The notes under the pieces were generated by a model, which saw nothing but the letters and a program-made list of their open reading frames with translations, was not told the DNA's origin and did not search any database. A program made the position numbers and the translations under genes. Shown here in pieces: positions 29,525 through 40,290 of a stretch of DNA of 64,000 bases (its first letter is position 1; each line of letters opens with the position of its first letter). This DNA comes from a virus: IMG/VR virus record IMGVR_UViG_3300005077_000017, one strand, 5' to 3'.

Positions 29525-30994
29525 ATGCTCATTAACATCAACGACACAACAGCTAAGATTATTTATGTGGAGGATGATAATCAAACAGTTATACGAATGT
29601 CAGAAAAATTAAGAAATTATCTAGATGTAAAAATAGGAAACCCTATAACTATTGATAAAAAGAAGTACATTGTAGGTAAATTGCTACAACGACATCTTAC
29701 TGAATATAAGATTAACGAAACTGATTTATATATGGTCACTGATAAGAAGAACAACCTTCCTCCTATCATCAATACACAACTTCACAACGTTATAGTGAAA
29801 AAAGATGTAATTACATTACCAGCTATGTATAATATACAATGTTTTGGACTTGGTTCCGACCCAGAATTAATGCTTTCTGATAATACAGGTAAAGCACTAA
29901 CAGCAGATAAATTTCTACCAGAAGTAGGATCTTTTAAAGATGGAAAAAACAAACCTGAAGTATATGCAGATGGGTTTGTTGCAGAATTATCACCTCTACC
30001 AAGTAATTGTCGTGCTATTCATATGAACGGAGTTGCGGGCTGTTTAGTAACTTTAGATAAAGCTTTAGAAAAAGAAGAAGTTAGCTTTACCGCCAAATCT
30101 TGTTTTGAAGTAGATAAAGAAGAACTGGCTAAAGCTACTGAAAGAGCAAGAATGTTTGGGTGTGATCCTTCAATTACCGGACAAGATGATATAAAATGTA
30201 GTGTCACCGTAGATCCTAGAACTGTAGATGGTGCTAAGCATATGAAACGCTATGCTGGAGGACACTTACATATTGGTAAGCATGCAGGAGATTACGGAAC
30301 AGCAGGTGATATCTCAAATCTAAAAAAATATTGTAAAGAAATGTCAAAACTATCCGATCTGTTTGTTGGAATTCCATCAGTAATGTTAGATAGAGAAAAA
30401 TCATCAAAAGAACGAAGAAAAATGTATGGAAGAGCAGGCGAATATAGGTTACCACCCCATGGATTTGAATACCGGGTACCAAGTAACTTTTGGCTAAGAC
30501 ATTCCGCATTAGGTTCTTTTATGCTTGGAAATTTGCGCTTTGTGGGGCATTTAGTCAATCGACAAATAGGAAACGCTAAAAAGATAATCAACGGGGTGGA
30601 TTGGGAACTAGTTGTAGAAGCAATTAATCAAAATTCATTTTCTAAAGCAAAGAAAGCATGGATAGAGTTTGCAAGACCAATACTAATTAAGAATCAATGT
30701 ATAGACGCATACCATTTTGATTTGGCTCCTTCGGTAGTACCTGTTTTCGAATTCGTTGCACAAAAAGGTATTCATCATTTTTGGTCTGATCATGTATTTG
30801 AAAATTGGAAATTAAAAGGAACTAATTATGTAAGACGGAACGGTGGCCACGATTTTCCTGGTTGGCAAGTCTTTTTTAGTGGCGTATTAAAAGAAGCAGA
30901 AATGTCAAAAGAATATTTTGCGTTTAGAAAAGAGTTAAGAAAAAAAGGATTAGAAGTTCCAGGTAATGATGATAATACCTGTCTTCCTTATTAA
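29525..30994 (+). CDS. second phiEco32-like COOH-NH2 ligase type 2
   Basis: GLGSDPEL, ADG..AEL.P, GGHLHIG, YGRAGEYRLPPHGFEYRVPSNFW. Confidence 0.88.
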   Translation: MLININDTTAKIIYVEDDNQTVIRMSEKLRNYLDVKIGNPITIDKKKYIVGKLLQRHLTEYKINETDLYMVTDKKNNLPPIINTQLHNVIVKKDVITLPAMYNIQCFGLGSDPELMLSDNTGKALTADKFLPEVGSFKDGKNKPEVYADGFVAELSPLPSNCRAIHMNGVAGCLVTLDKALEKEEVSFTAKSCFEVDKEELAKATERARMFGCDPSITGQDDIKCSVTVDPRTVDGAKHMKRYAGGHLHIGKHAGDYGTAGDISNLKKYCKEMSKLSDLFVGIPSVMLDREKSSKERRKMYGRAGEYRLPPHGFEYRVPSNFWLRHSALGSFMLGNLRFVGHLVNRQIGNAKKIINGVDWELVVEAINQNSFSKAKKAWIEFARPILIKNQCIDAYHFDLAPSVVPVFEFVAQKGIHHFWSDHVFENWKLKGTNYVRRNGGHDFPGWQVFFSGVLKEAEMSKEYFAFRKELRKKGLEVPGNDDNTCLPY

Positions 30995-30999
30995 ATTTA

Positions 31000-31837
31000 A
31001 TGAGAATATGGTGCTTAAAAAACAATTATTTAATAACTACTAGGCATAACCAAGGAATTATAACTAATCATTCTCCAGAAGATTGTGTAAATTGCGATAA
31101 AGAAGAATGCTCACTTTTTAAATATACCAGAGGATTATCCTCTCATTCAATAGGCTTATACTTAAGATGGCTAGGTGATTCTCCTTCTGACATCATTGCT
31201 TATAACGAAGGGTATGATATATTAAACAACACTTCTTTACAAGAAAAAGAACATTCTGGTTTAAAATTACTATACTCTTTACCACCAGAACTTTATGATG
31301 AATTTTGGATTCAAATTTATGAAAATAAAAACCTTAATTATAGAAATCCTTTAGATTCTGTATTAGAACGAGTTTTAATCGAATATGATAATTGGGACCC
31401 ACTAAAACCATATTGGCAAAATACCTCTATGAGGAGAAAAAATGGCTAATTGCTCATCATGTTCTGCTTGTTCTATGACCACAATAAATTTGCATAGAAA
31501 AGTATCTGATTTAGATTGGGATCAATTAAACAGAAAAATACATTATGCAATAGATAACCACGAAGCTTTATCCCTAGAAGAAATAAAATGGTTAATTTCT
31601 AGACTAGAAGATATTAATTCAATGTATGACTTAGCTATTGAAGAACAAATTAAAGGTAAAGCAGGTATTGATTTAGATGCCTTATTCGAGGAATACAAGA
31701 TATTAAAAGAAAAAGAAGATGAAGCTTCTTTGCTTAGAAAAGATGAAATACTCATGATATTTGAAAAAAGTGGAGTCGAAATAGTTAATGAAGGTTATAA
31801 GAGTTGGATAGTCCAGTATGATACCCTCCAAGGTTAG
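31000..31837 (+). CDS. two hypothetical proteins (31000-31449, 31442-31837)
   Basis: Coupled ORFs, no family recognised. Confidence 0.65.
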
Positions 31838-32144
31838 AAATAAATATACATTTGAAATATTTGATGTGATAGATTACTTATTATGTGAAAAAATAGAAAC
31901 TTGTCCGATGATGATAAAAGACAGAATTTTTAATGAAGTTTGCGGAGGGTACAAACTCTCTCTTAGGGGATTATTCTTTCTTATAAAACAAGATTGCGAA
32001 TACAAATATACGCCAGTTGAATCAAGGATATGTAAACCAGAACTATCATTTTATAGCAGAGATACACACACAACAAACAATGACACACCAACCACCAAAA
32101 CAATATGTCAGGATGACACTACAGAATATACTACTGCAGACTAA
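31818..32144 (+). CDS. hypothetical protein carrying KPELSFYSR near its C-terminus
   Basis: Motif at 32034-32060; remaining tail overlaps the next gene. Confidence 0.65.
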   Translation: MIPSKVRNKYTFEIFDVIDYLLCEKIETCPMMIKDRIFNEVCGGYKLSLRGLFFLIKQDCEYKYTPVESRICKPELSFYSRDTHTTNNDTPTTKTICQDDTTEYTTAD

Positions 32145-32580
32145 GGAACCATATTCCTACTACATTGAATGCATTCCTAAAGGTCAAAATATAATATTTA
32201 CTATAGATGACAGTTGGAATGTTTATACGTATGGGCTTGGGTTAGATGCTACACCCATAAAAGATAATTTTGATGTCATAAATGATTATTTGATGCTAAA
32301 AGGGTTATTAATAGAAGAATATATTCTGTATGGAACTATAGTTGAAAAAACATTTTATTTATCAGACATGTATGATATAAGAAAACAATCCTTTGTTACC
32401 CCATTTAATAGAAATATAATATGCAACGATTATAATATTAACACTATACCTTTTATGGCAGAAGGAGAACTACTGAATCAAGGAGTTATTAATGAAATTG
32501 AAAATTGTTATGATGGAGAATTAATGATAACTTTTTTTAATGATGAAAGAATAATAAATAAATACATTCTATTAAACTGA
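32080..32580 (+). CDS. degenerate RNA-ligase-like (nucleotidyltransferase domain) protein
   Basis: IECIPKGQNI, ILYGTI, FYLSDMYD, NINTIPFMAEG echo ligase motifs I, III, IIIa and the VPxLyxG strand, but KxDG is lost; start uncertain. Confidence 0.35.
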   Translation: MTHQPPKQYVRMTLQNILLQTKEPYSYYIECIPKGQNIIFTIDDSWNVYTYGLGLDATPIKDNFDVINDYLMLKGLLIEEYILYGTIVEKTFYLSDMYDIRKQSFVTPFNRNIICNDYNINTIPFMAEGELLNQGVINEIENCYDGELMITFFNDERIINKYILLN

Positions 32581-32931
32581 AAAAGGATTACAACATGCAT
32601 GACATCTATGAAATAAAAATACGTAAAAATCCAGAGAAAGAAATAGGAAGACTATTGGTAGCTTTAGAGAGTAATAAAGAAATCGTAGTTGATGAAGTGC
32701 CTAATATAAGAGGAGAAAGTGATTGTGATGTATTTGCTAAAAAGGAACGCGAAAATTATTTTATTCGGAATGGGTATGAATCTGATGGTGCAAAATGGAT
32801 AAAAACAGACCACAATGAAATATTAAAATTGATATACAGAAAAGCTTGGTCTATGCCAATACATAAATTCAAAAGCGGCTATGCCATACTTGATGGGGAT
32901 TGACAAAAAACTTAAAAAAAAAGGAAAACGA

Positions 32932-33297
32932 ATGCCAGAAAAACTGTTTGTATATGGAACACTGAGAAGAAAGGACCCAAAGCCTTCTAATTTCATTGCC
33001 ATGGCAAAGATGTCTGGGAAGCTTTACCACCTAGGAGGATTTCCTGGTGCTAAAGAGTCTGATAATCCTGAAGATTTAATTGTAGGGGAAATCTATAATA
33101 TAAGTCCTTCTCAACTTGCAAATTTCGATAGGTATGAAGGGTATGACGAAGAAAACCCAGAAAATTCTTTTTATGTTAGAGAAAAAGTGACAGTTAAGAT
33201 GGATGATGGTAGTGAAGATGAAGTATGGGTATATATGTTCAATGAATCTGTAAATGGTAAAAAGCAAATCACTTCAGGCGACTGGTTCAATCAGTAA
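32932..33297 (+). CDS. gamma-glutamylcyclotransferase-like (AIG2/YtfP) protein
   Basis: LFVYGTLR, GEIY, FDRYEG, WVY, ITSGDW; start moved to ATG 32932. Confidence 0.88.
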   Translation: MPEKLFVYGTLRRKDPKPSNFIAMAKMSGKLYHLGGFPGAKESDNPEDLIVGEIYNISPSQLANFDRYEGYDEENPENSFYVREKVTVKMDDGSEDEVWVYMFNESVNGKKQITSGDWFNQ

Positions 33298-33322
33298 TAA
33301 GCGTAATTAAAAGGAGATACAT

Positions 33323-33484
33323 ATGGGTATCGGACCTATTGGATTATTAACTATCCTTTTTATTGCTTTAAAGTTAACTGGATATATAGACTGGTCATGG
33401 TTTTGGGTTCTTTCGCCTACTATGGTGCTGGTTGCATTCTATGTAGTAGTCTTAGGTTTATTAGCCTTAACTTCTAAAAAGTAA
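33323..33484 (+). CDS. small membrane protein (53 aa), missing from ORF track; similar to 33886-34107
   Basis: AAGGAG start; LKLTGYIDWSWFWVLSP versus MKLFDIIDWNWFKVTAALW. Confidence 0.7.
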   Translation: MGIGPIGLLTILFIALKLTGYIDWSWFWVLSPTMVLVAFYVVVLGLLALTSKK

Positions 33485-33522
33485 ATTTAAAATAAATAAA
33501 ATAAAGAAAACGGGAGGGGCAG

Positions 33523-33867
33523 ATGAACTACACAGGAAGACATATATTAGCAGAATTTTATGGTTGCTCTCCTACCTTATTAGATGATTTATGTTGTTTT
33601 AAAATGGCTTTGTATAAGGCCGCAGTTGAAGCAAAATGTCATCCAGTGGGAGATAAATTTCATCAATTTAAACCACAAGGTATTACAGGAGTTATTCTAT
33701 TAGAAGAATCACATATATCAGGGCATTCATACCCTGAGCATGGCTTTATAAGTTTAGATATCTACTGTTGCGGCCAAAAAGCTGAGCCAAGAAAAGCTTT
33801 GGATAAATTAATTGAATTGTTTAAACCGGAAAAATATGACTTTACCGAAATAACACGAGGTCATTGA
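33523..33867 (+). CDS. speD: S-adenosylmethionine decarboxylase proenzyme
   Basis: GRHILAEFYGC, FKPQGITG, EESH self-cleavage site, YPEHG, DIYCCG. Confidence 0.9.
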   Translation: MNYTGRHILAEFYGCSPTLLDDLCCFKMALYKAAVEAKCHPVGDKFHQFKPQGITGVILLEESHISGHSYPEHGFISLDIYCCGQKAEPRKALDKLIELFKPEKYDFTEITRGH

Positions 33868-34378
33868 CTGACATGAAAGTAGAAAATGCCGATAGAGGAA
33901 TTTGAAAGAGGAAGAACTCCTTATCAAAAAAGAAGGTTAATACTAATTATGGGAATTATATTATCGGTGAGTTTTACTATTATGAAACTATTCGACATAA
34001 TAGATTGGAATTGGTTTAAAGTGACTGCAGCATTGTGGATACCTTTTACCATACTAACAATCATGGAAGTGATGGGCATTAAACTATTAGATGAAAGCCA
34101 ACCCTGATGCCAATCGTATTAACAATACCAAAAGATGAATATATAAAAAGAAAACAGAAAAACTCTCATCTAATTGAATATTTATTTACATTGGAGGATG
34201 TTATTTGTTCAGCTTATGGAGGTTCATTATTCCTTGAACATAGAGATCCCTATGAATATTTTTCACGATTCATTACTGTAACCGAAATAAGTATAAATAA
34301 AGATGGCGATTTAGTAATTAAATTAGCAAAAGGGTATGATATAAAAGAAGCACTTAAATATAGGTTTTAGGAGTAAAA

Positions 34379-35044
34379 TTGACAGTCTCCAGAATTAAAT
34401 ATCCTAGAACTCCTCATTTACCATGGTCTGAAGGACGTGGTAAAAAAGACGTAGGATTAATATCTGATGATTGCTTTAAAAATAAACAAATTGTTGTAAC
34501 AACTAAGATGGATGGTGAAGCAACGACAATTTATTCAGATGGGTATATGCACGCACGCTCCGTAACTTATCAAAAGCATGAAAGTAGAAATTGGGTAAAG
34601 AACTTAGGCTCTGTCATTTCTCGTAATATGCTTCAAGGTTGGAGAATTTGTGGTGAGAATTTGTATGCTCAACACACTATGACGTATAATGATTTAGATA
34701 GTTATTTTCTGGTGTATGCTATGTTCAATGATATTAATCAATGCGTACCTTGGAATCAAGTAGAAGAAGAATGTGAACGATTGGGTTTGGTTACAGTCCC
34801 AGTATTATATGAAGGTATTTATAGTGAAAATGAATTGCTCTATATTCAAGAATTTGTATTAGACAGTGAACGAGATGAAGGATATGTTGTACGAAATTCA
34901 GGAAGATTCCATTATAATGAATTTGGATTAAACGTAGCAAAATTCAGATTTAAAGAATTCACTGATAAATTAGATGAAGAAACTACTCATTGGCTAAATA
35001 AACCAGTCATTAAAAATTCACTAATAGGGGGCTTTAGTGCCTAA
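34379..35044 (+). CDS. ATP-dependent RNA ligase family protein
   Basis: YPRTPHLPWS, KMDGE, CGEN, VPVLYEG, EGYVVR, AKF; TTG start after GGAG. Confidence 0.85.
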   Translation: MTVSRIKYPRTPHLPWSEGRGKKDVGLISDDCFKNKQIVVTTKMDGEATTIYSDGYMHARSVTYQKHESRNWVKNLGSVISRNMLQGWRICGENLYAQHTMTYNDLDSYFLVYAMFNDINQCVPWNQVEEECERLGLVTVPVLYEGIYSENELLYIQEFVLDSERDEGYVVRNSGRFHYNEFGLNVAKFRFKEFTDKLDEETTHWLNKPVIKNSLIGGFSA

Positions 35045-35342
35045 AAGTAACAACAAAGTCATTACAAAGAAATCTTCTGTACCTATCATAATAAAGCTTG
35101 ATTTAGATACAATAACAGAGAAGCTACAAGCTAGTTTCACTAATTCGATTGAAGACGCTATAGATAATTTAGATGTTTATGACGTGGTTTATGATGCTGT
35201 GGATAATGCAATAGAAGATTATTTAAAAACGCCAGAAATGAAAAAAGAAATATTAAATATAATTATGAAAAAGAAAACACAGTTACTGAAAGAACTAGAT
35301 AAACTAGAACTTGATAATTTAGCTCGCCTTATAAGAAAGTAA

Positions 35343-35933
35343 ATGCCTAAATTAGTTATGATAATGGGAATTCCTGGTTCAGGAAAAACTACTGTACGAA
35401 ACATGTTTCCTACAGAAAATTACTATATTGGTTCTTCAGATGATTTAATACCAGTAGATGAAAATGGAGAAAGAATATATAACGGACAAACTTTAGGAAA
35501 AACTTGGAAACAAGTTTGGATTGGATTAGGGCTCGCCCTAAAAGAAGAAAAAGATGTTATATTAGATAATACTTTTTTGATGAAAAATGAACGTTCCGCT
35601 GTATGCAATATAGCAAAAGGAATGGGATACTATACTGTTTGTATTTGGTTAAATACTTGTTTAGAAAAATGTCTAGAAAATGATAAGAAGCGTAAACATA
35701 TGGTAGGAACAAACGTAATAGCAGATAAGTATGTACGATTACAAAAACCTACAGATAAGGAAGGTTGGAATTTATTAGTTAAGTTAGTTGACCAAGATTG
35801 TGGATATATTCGTTTTGTTGATTATACTATTTCAATAACAGATTTTATTGATGTTTGTTATGATAATAATTATCAGTTACCAACACAAAAACTTATTTCA
35901 GAAATTATTCAAAAACACGGAGGAAGGAGGTAA
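35343..35933 (+). CDS. polynucleotide kinase-type P-loop kinase
   Basis: GIPGSGKTT, VILDNT, R in lid, next to RNA ligase. Confidence 0.8.
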   Translation: MPKLVMIMGIPGSGKTTVRNMFPTENYYIGSSDDLIPVDENGERIYNGQTLGKTWKQVWIGLGLALKEEKDVILDNTFLMKNERSAVCNIAKGMGYYTVCIWLNTCLEKCLENDKKRKHMVGTNVIADKYVRLQKPTDKEGWNLLVKLVDQDCGYIRFVDYTISITDFIDVCYDNNYQLPTQKLISEIIQKHGGRR

Positions 35934-35972
35934 ACTACCTCCTAGTAAACTAAGTTACTTCTAGCATTGCTA
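35925..35972 (+). other. three consecutive short hairpins between kinase and CCA genes
   Basis: AGGAGGTA/TACCTCCT, AGTAA/TTACT, TAGC/GCTA. Confidence 0.4.
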
Positions 35973-36087
35973 CTAGTTAATGACAGTTCCTGCCCCGAAT
36001 TGATTAATATTACGACCAAAGAACAATTTCTTATACGAGATGTTGAATTTAAACAAAACTACGAGAAAATAGAATAGGAGTAATGGT

Positions 36088-37470
36088 TTGTTTTACAAAG
36101 AAGTTGCACAAAAACTTATTGATGCAGGTTATGAAACTTATTTAGTAGGTGGAGCACTTAGAGATGAACTTTTAGGAAGAGAACCAAATGATTATGATTT
36201 AATGATTAAAGGTAAGATGCAAGACTTAATTCATCTCGCTACAAAGACAGATTTACGTATACTTCCTACTGGCATTGATTACGGAATTGTAAGAGCCGTA
36301 CACGAAGATACAAAAGAGTATGTGGATATATCTATCCCTAGATTAGAATACGACTACGATGGTCGTAGACCCACTCTCGTTGAAGCTGCTCCAACAATTA
36401 AAGAGGATTTGGCTCGTCGTGATTTTACTATGAATGCCATGGCAAGAGATCTGAAAACAAACCACTTAATTGATTTATTTGGTGGTATACAAGATTTAAA
36501 TGAGGGTTACATCAGATGCGTAGGAAACCCTGCTCATAGGTTTAAAGAAGATGGGCTACGGATTGTGAGAGCGATAAGGTTTGCAGCTTTACTTGGTTTT
36601 AAAATAGATAATGCTACATCTAAAGCAATGTTACATCCCGATGCTCAACATTCACTAAAGACACGAGTATCAAATGAACGATTTAGAGATGAATTTTGTA
36701 AGATTCTTGAAGGAGCTGAGGACGTAGGCTTATTGCTTGCAATGAATAAATTTGTAGATACTTTTGTTTTTAAACTGTTCATACCTGAATTACTAGATTT
36801 ACATGGAGTAAAACAGAATATCCATCATTCGTATGATGTATGGGAACATACAATTGCAGCTTTAGTAAAGACTCCAAAAGATTTAATAATTCGTCTAGCT
36901 GTTTTATTCCATGATATAGGTAAGCCAGCTACTCAAGCATTCAAAAATGAGGAATATGGGTATACTTTCTACCAACATCATATAATAGGTGCTAAGATGA
37001 CAGAAGAGATACTGAACAGATTAAGCTTTGCTGGATATGAAAATCTCACTCCTTTGGATGTTAAAAGGATAAAAAGGTTAATCAGAAATCATCTATCTTT
37101 CCAAAATATGAAAGTACATAAGTTGCTTCATAACTTAGATATAGAAAGATTTGGAATTGAAATCATAGAGCAACTACGACAAGTAATGCTGGCTGATTTA
37201 CAGGGCAGAGCAGATGTGCCTAAAGAAAGATTACAGATGGTAGAAGAAAAAATAAAACCCTTATATGATGCTTTAAATAATACTAATACACCAAATCGTT
37301 TACATTTAAAGATAAATGGAAATGATTTAAAAAATATGGGTTTGAAGCCCGGCCCAGAATTTAAAGTTATTATACATAAACTATGGGAGATGGTGGTTGA
37401 TGGTAAAATAAAAAATGATAGAAAATCACTATTAACACAGGTGTATCTATGGCAAATAGAGAATTCATAA
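36088..37470 (+). CDS. cca: class II CCA tRNA nucleotidyltransferase with HD domain
   Basis: VGGALRD...NDYD, RRDFTMNAM, EDGLRIVRAIRF, ERFRDEF, FHDIGKP; TTG start 7 nt after GGAG. Confidence 0.9.
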   Translation: MFYKEVAQKLIDAGYETYLVGGALRDELLGREPNDYDLMIKGKMQDLIHLATKTDLRILPTGIDYGIVRAVHEDTKEYVDISIPRLEYDYDGRRPTLVEAAPTIKEDLARRDFTMNAMARDLKTNHLIDLFGGIQDLNEGYIRCVGNPAHRFKEDGLRIVRAIRFAALLGFKIDNATSKAMLHPDAQHSLKTRVSNERFRDEFCKILEGAEDVGLLLAMNKFVDTFVFKLFIPELLDLHGVKQNIHHSYDVWEHTIAALVKTPKDLIIRLAVLFHDIGKPATQAFKNEEYGYTFYQHHIIGAKMTEEILNRLSFAGYENLTPLDVKRIKRLIRNHLSFQNMKVHKLLHNLDIERFGIEIIEQLRQVMLADLQGRADVPKERLQMVEEKIKPLYDALNNTNTPNRLHLKINGNDLKNMGLKPGPEFKVIIHKLWEMVVDGKIKNDRKSLLTQVYLWQIENS

Positions 37471-40290
37471 AAGTATCAGCAGATTCTTTCAGAGAATTAA
37501 TTACAACTGGTGACATAATAGAAATACGTCATGAAGGAATAGTAGTAAGAGTAATTGTTACAAAAGTAGAAGATTTAGGGTGTAATTATACCAATAGACT
37601 AATTGAAATGTCTAGTATCCCAAATATAAACCCATCTTTATTAGAGACCAGTAGGTGTAAACTAGAAGGGAGATGTATTGGAGATGTGCAAATATTAGGG
37701 TTTATAAATAATAGATGGCAAAATATTAATAAATGCTTAGTAGATAGGTTTACTAATACTGTAGAACTCATCCCTATTGATTGTTCTAATCAAAAGCAAT
37801 TTGAAGATTTTTATGAATTAACTTATGGATGCAGCTAATACCCTGCATATGAAAGGAAAAAGAAGGAATGAGTGAAAATTTCTTAGATCATTTTGTATGC
37901 CCTTTTTGCGGAAGCAAAGAATTAGTTGAAATTCAGAGCATGGCAAATATAGAGTGTGGAGTGTCTAGTTTAACATATGATTCTGAAGGAGGCGTTGTAA
38001 TAGAATACGATTATATTGAAACAGAAGATGGTTGTGTAGAATATTTTTGTTGTCCTAATTGCAACGAAGAAATAAAAGATGAAACTGGAGAATACATTAC
38101 AGATTATGATGAATTAGTAGATTGGATTAAAGCAGGCTGCAAAGCAAAAGGTACAGGAGATGTTGAAATAGGTCACGGTTACCAAGAAGATGAAGTTGAT
38201 GAAACATTTATAGTGCAGGATAGATTGAGTCCAGAAAAAATTGCTGGAGATATATTGCATTACTTAAAACACACATAAAGGAAACACACACATGGAAACA
38301 ATTGCTAATCTCACCTCTTTTACTACAATTAAAGCTTGCCCAAATTGCGATTGTATAATAGAAATAAAAGCAAGTCCAGAGGAATTAAACACGCAAGTTG
38401 TTTGTTCAGCGTGCCAAGAAACATTCTGGATTGATAGACAAGGAAACACTATGAGAATATTCACATCTGCATTATGGGAAGAAACTTTGTTGCTATTCAA
38501 AATGGAAGAAAAAATGGAAGAATTTTCTGAAAAGAATAAATACTACAAATAAGGAGTAGAATGAAATCTTATTTACATTGGGACTCTCTTCTAAATATTA
38601 CAGATACATTAAATAAAGGTATACCATTAAAAATTGTAGGAATAAAAGATATCTTAACTTACCATGGGATAATAACCTGTCCTATACCTATATCTAATTC
38701 TTGTAAGATGAGATGGTGGTGTGATAGGAAAAGAATGATTGTTGGGGATATGTATGGCGGCAAAAGAACAGAATGTAAAAAATATTTTTTGGCTGATAAA
38801 ACTCAAGCTATATTAATTGATGAAACAAAAAGTATGTTGCCAAATAATATGCCAATGGTGATAACTTCTTATGAATTTGAGCACCAATTTGATTGTGTTG
38901 GGATTAAGAGTAGTCAAACAAGAACTACATATACACTACCACCGCTCAATGGTGTAATCCATAGACCTGTTACCCCTACGATGAAGAAATTTATACTCGT
39001 AAATGGAGTAGGTTTTAGGGACTGTACAAACACTGTATGTGAATTAAGTAATATATGTCATAGAACTTTAATATTTAGAGGAGAATTTACCTTATGTCCT
39101 ACTACTGGCATAATTGATGGATCACCAGCCTGTACTTTTCTACCAAACCACTATTACACACCTTGGAGTATTTCAATGCTTAAAAGTGCAATTATGTAAT
39201 CAATAAAATAAAAGGAAAGGTAATTTAATGATTGAATCCAGTATACAATACAATAATTATCTTGCCAACCATAAATCAGTAACAACTGGGTTATATTATT
39301 GTAAGCAATTCATAATTGAGAGAGTTCCATCATTACCAACCGTACCTCATATCATTTCACTTAAAGATGACCCTGTTACTAAAAGCCAAATGGCATCGAA
39401 AGCATACAATGATGAGTTGTTCGTAGACAGAATTGAAATTGAAGAAATACCTTTAGGGATTACTATTGGAATAAGCTACCACAAAGCTACAGATAAAATT
39501 CGTCTAATCCACTCATTAAGAGATATGTTTAAAGGCAATGAATCAGAATTTCAAAACGTTCTATCTCTTTTAGCAATGAAACATAAAGATATAGCAGAAC
39601 ATGTCGGGTCTAATAAAATATTATATCTAAAATGGGCTACGTCTAAACACAAAGAATTGTATGATAAATTACCAATGCTCACAGGAATTGCTCTATTCGA
39701 TACGAATAGAACCAAATATTTGTCTGTATTAAGAAGGGATAGTGTATTGCGCTCTATACGTTTAACATCTGGAGGATTGGTTGCTGGAGGTACTTTACTA
39801 TCTATGGACACTGTTATCCATTCTTTAATACAAAGAAAATCGTGCTTTTCTACTAATCCCATGCCTATTGCAGAAATTTATGTATCAAAATCTAATAATG
39901 GAGAAATAAAGTTACATGGCCGAGCACAGAATTACGAATATGACATTCTAAAAGGAGGAGAAGGGCATGCCAAAAATTACTTCTAACGAAGTAGCATTAA
40001 AATCTCTCGATGGGTTAGGCACTTTATACAAAGATGTGTATGATGTTGAACGTGATTATGTAAGAACAGCTACTACATTATCATTAGATTATGTAATCAG
40101 TTTATTCAAAGATATGGAATTACATCCGAAAGAAGCAGGAACGGAACAACCTTTGATTGGAGTAGGAGAAACATACGATGCTGGTGTTGCTGATGGGAAG
40201 AAGGAGAGACTAAAGCAAGTAATACGGGAATTGGAAGCTAGCAAGTCTTTTATTCTCACCATCTTTGATAGCTTTGATGAAAAAGAATAA
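37449..40290 (+). CDS. run of hypothetical genes (37449-37838, 37868-38278 and 38292-38552 Zn ribbons, 38561-39199 Cys-rich, 39228-39986, 39967-40290)
   Basis: Contiguous ORFs with SD-like motifs; no family recognised. Confidence 0.65.
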
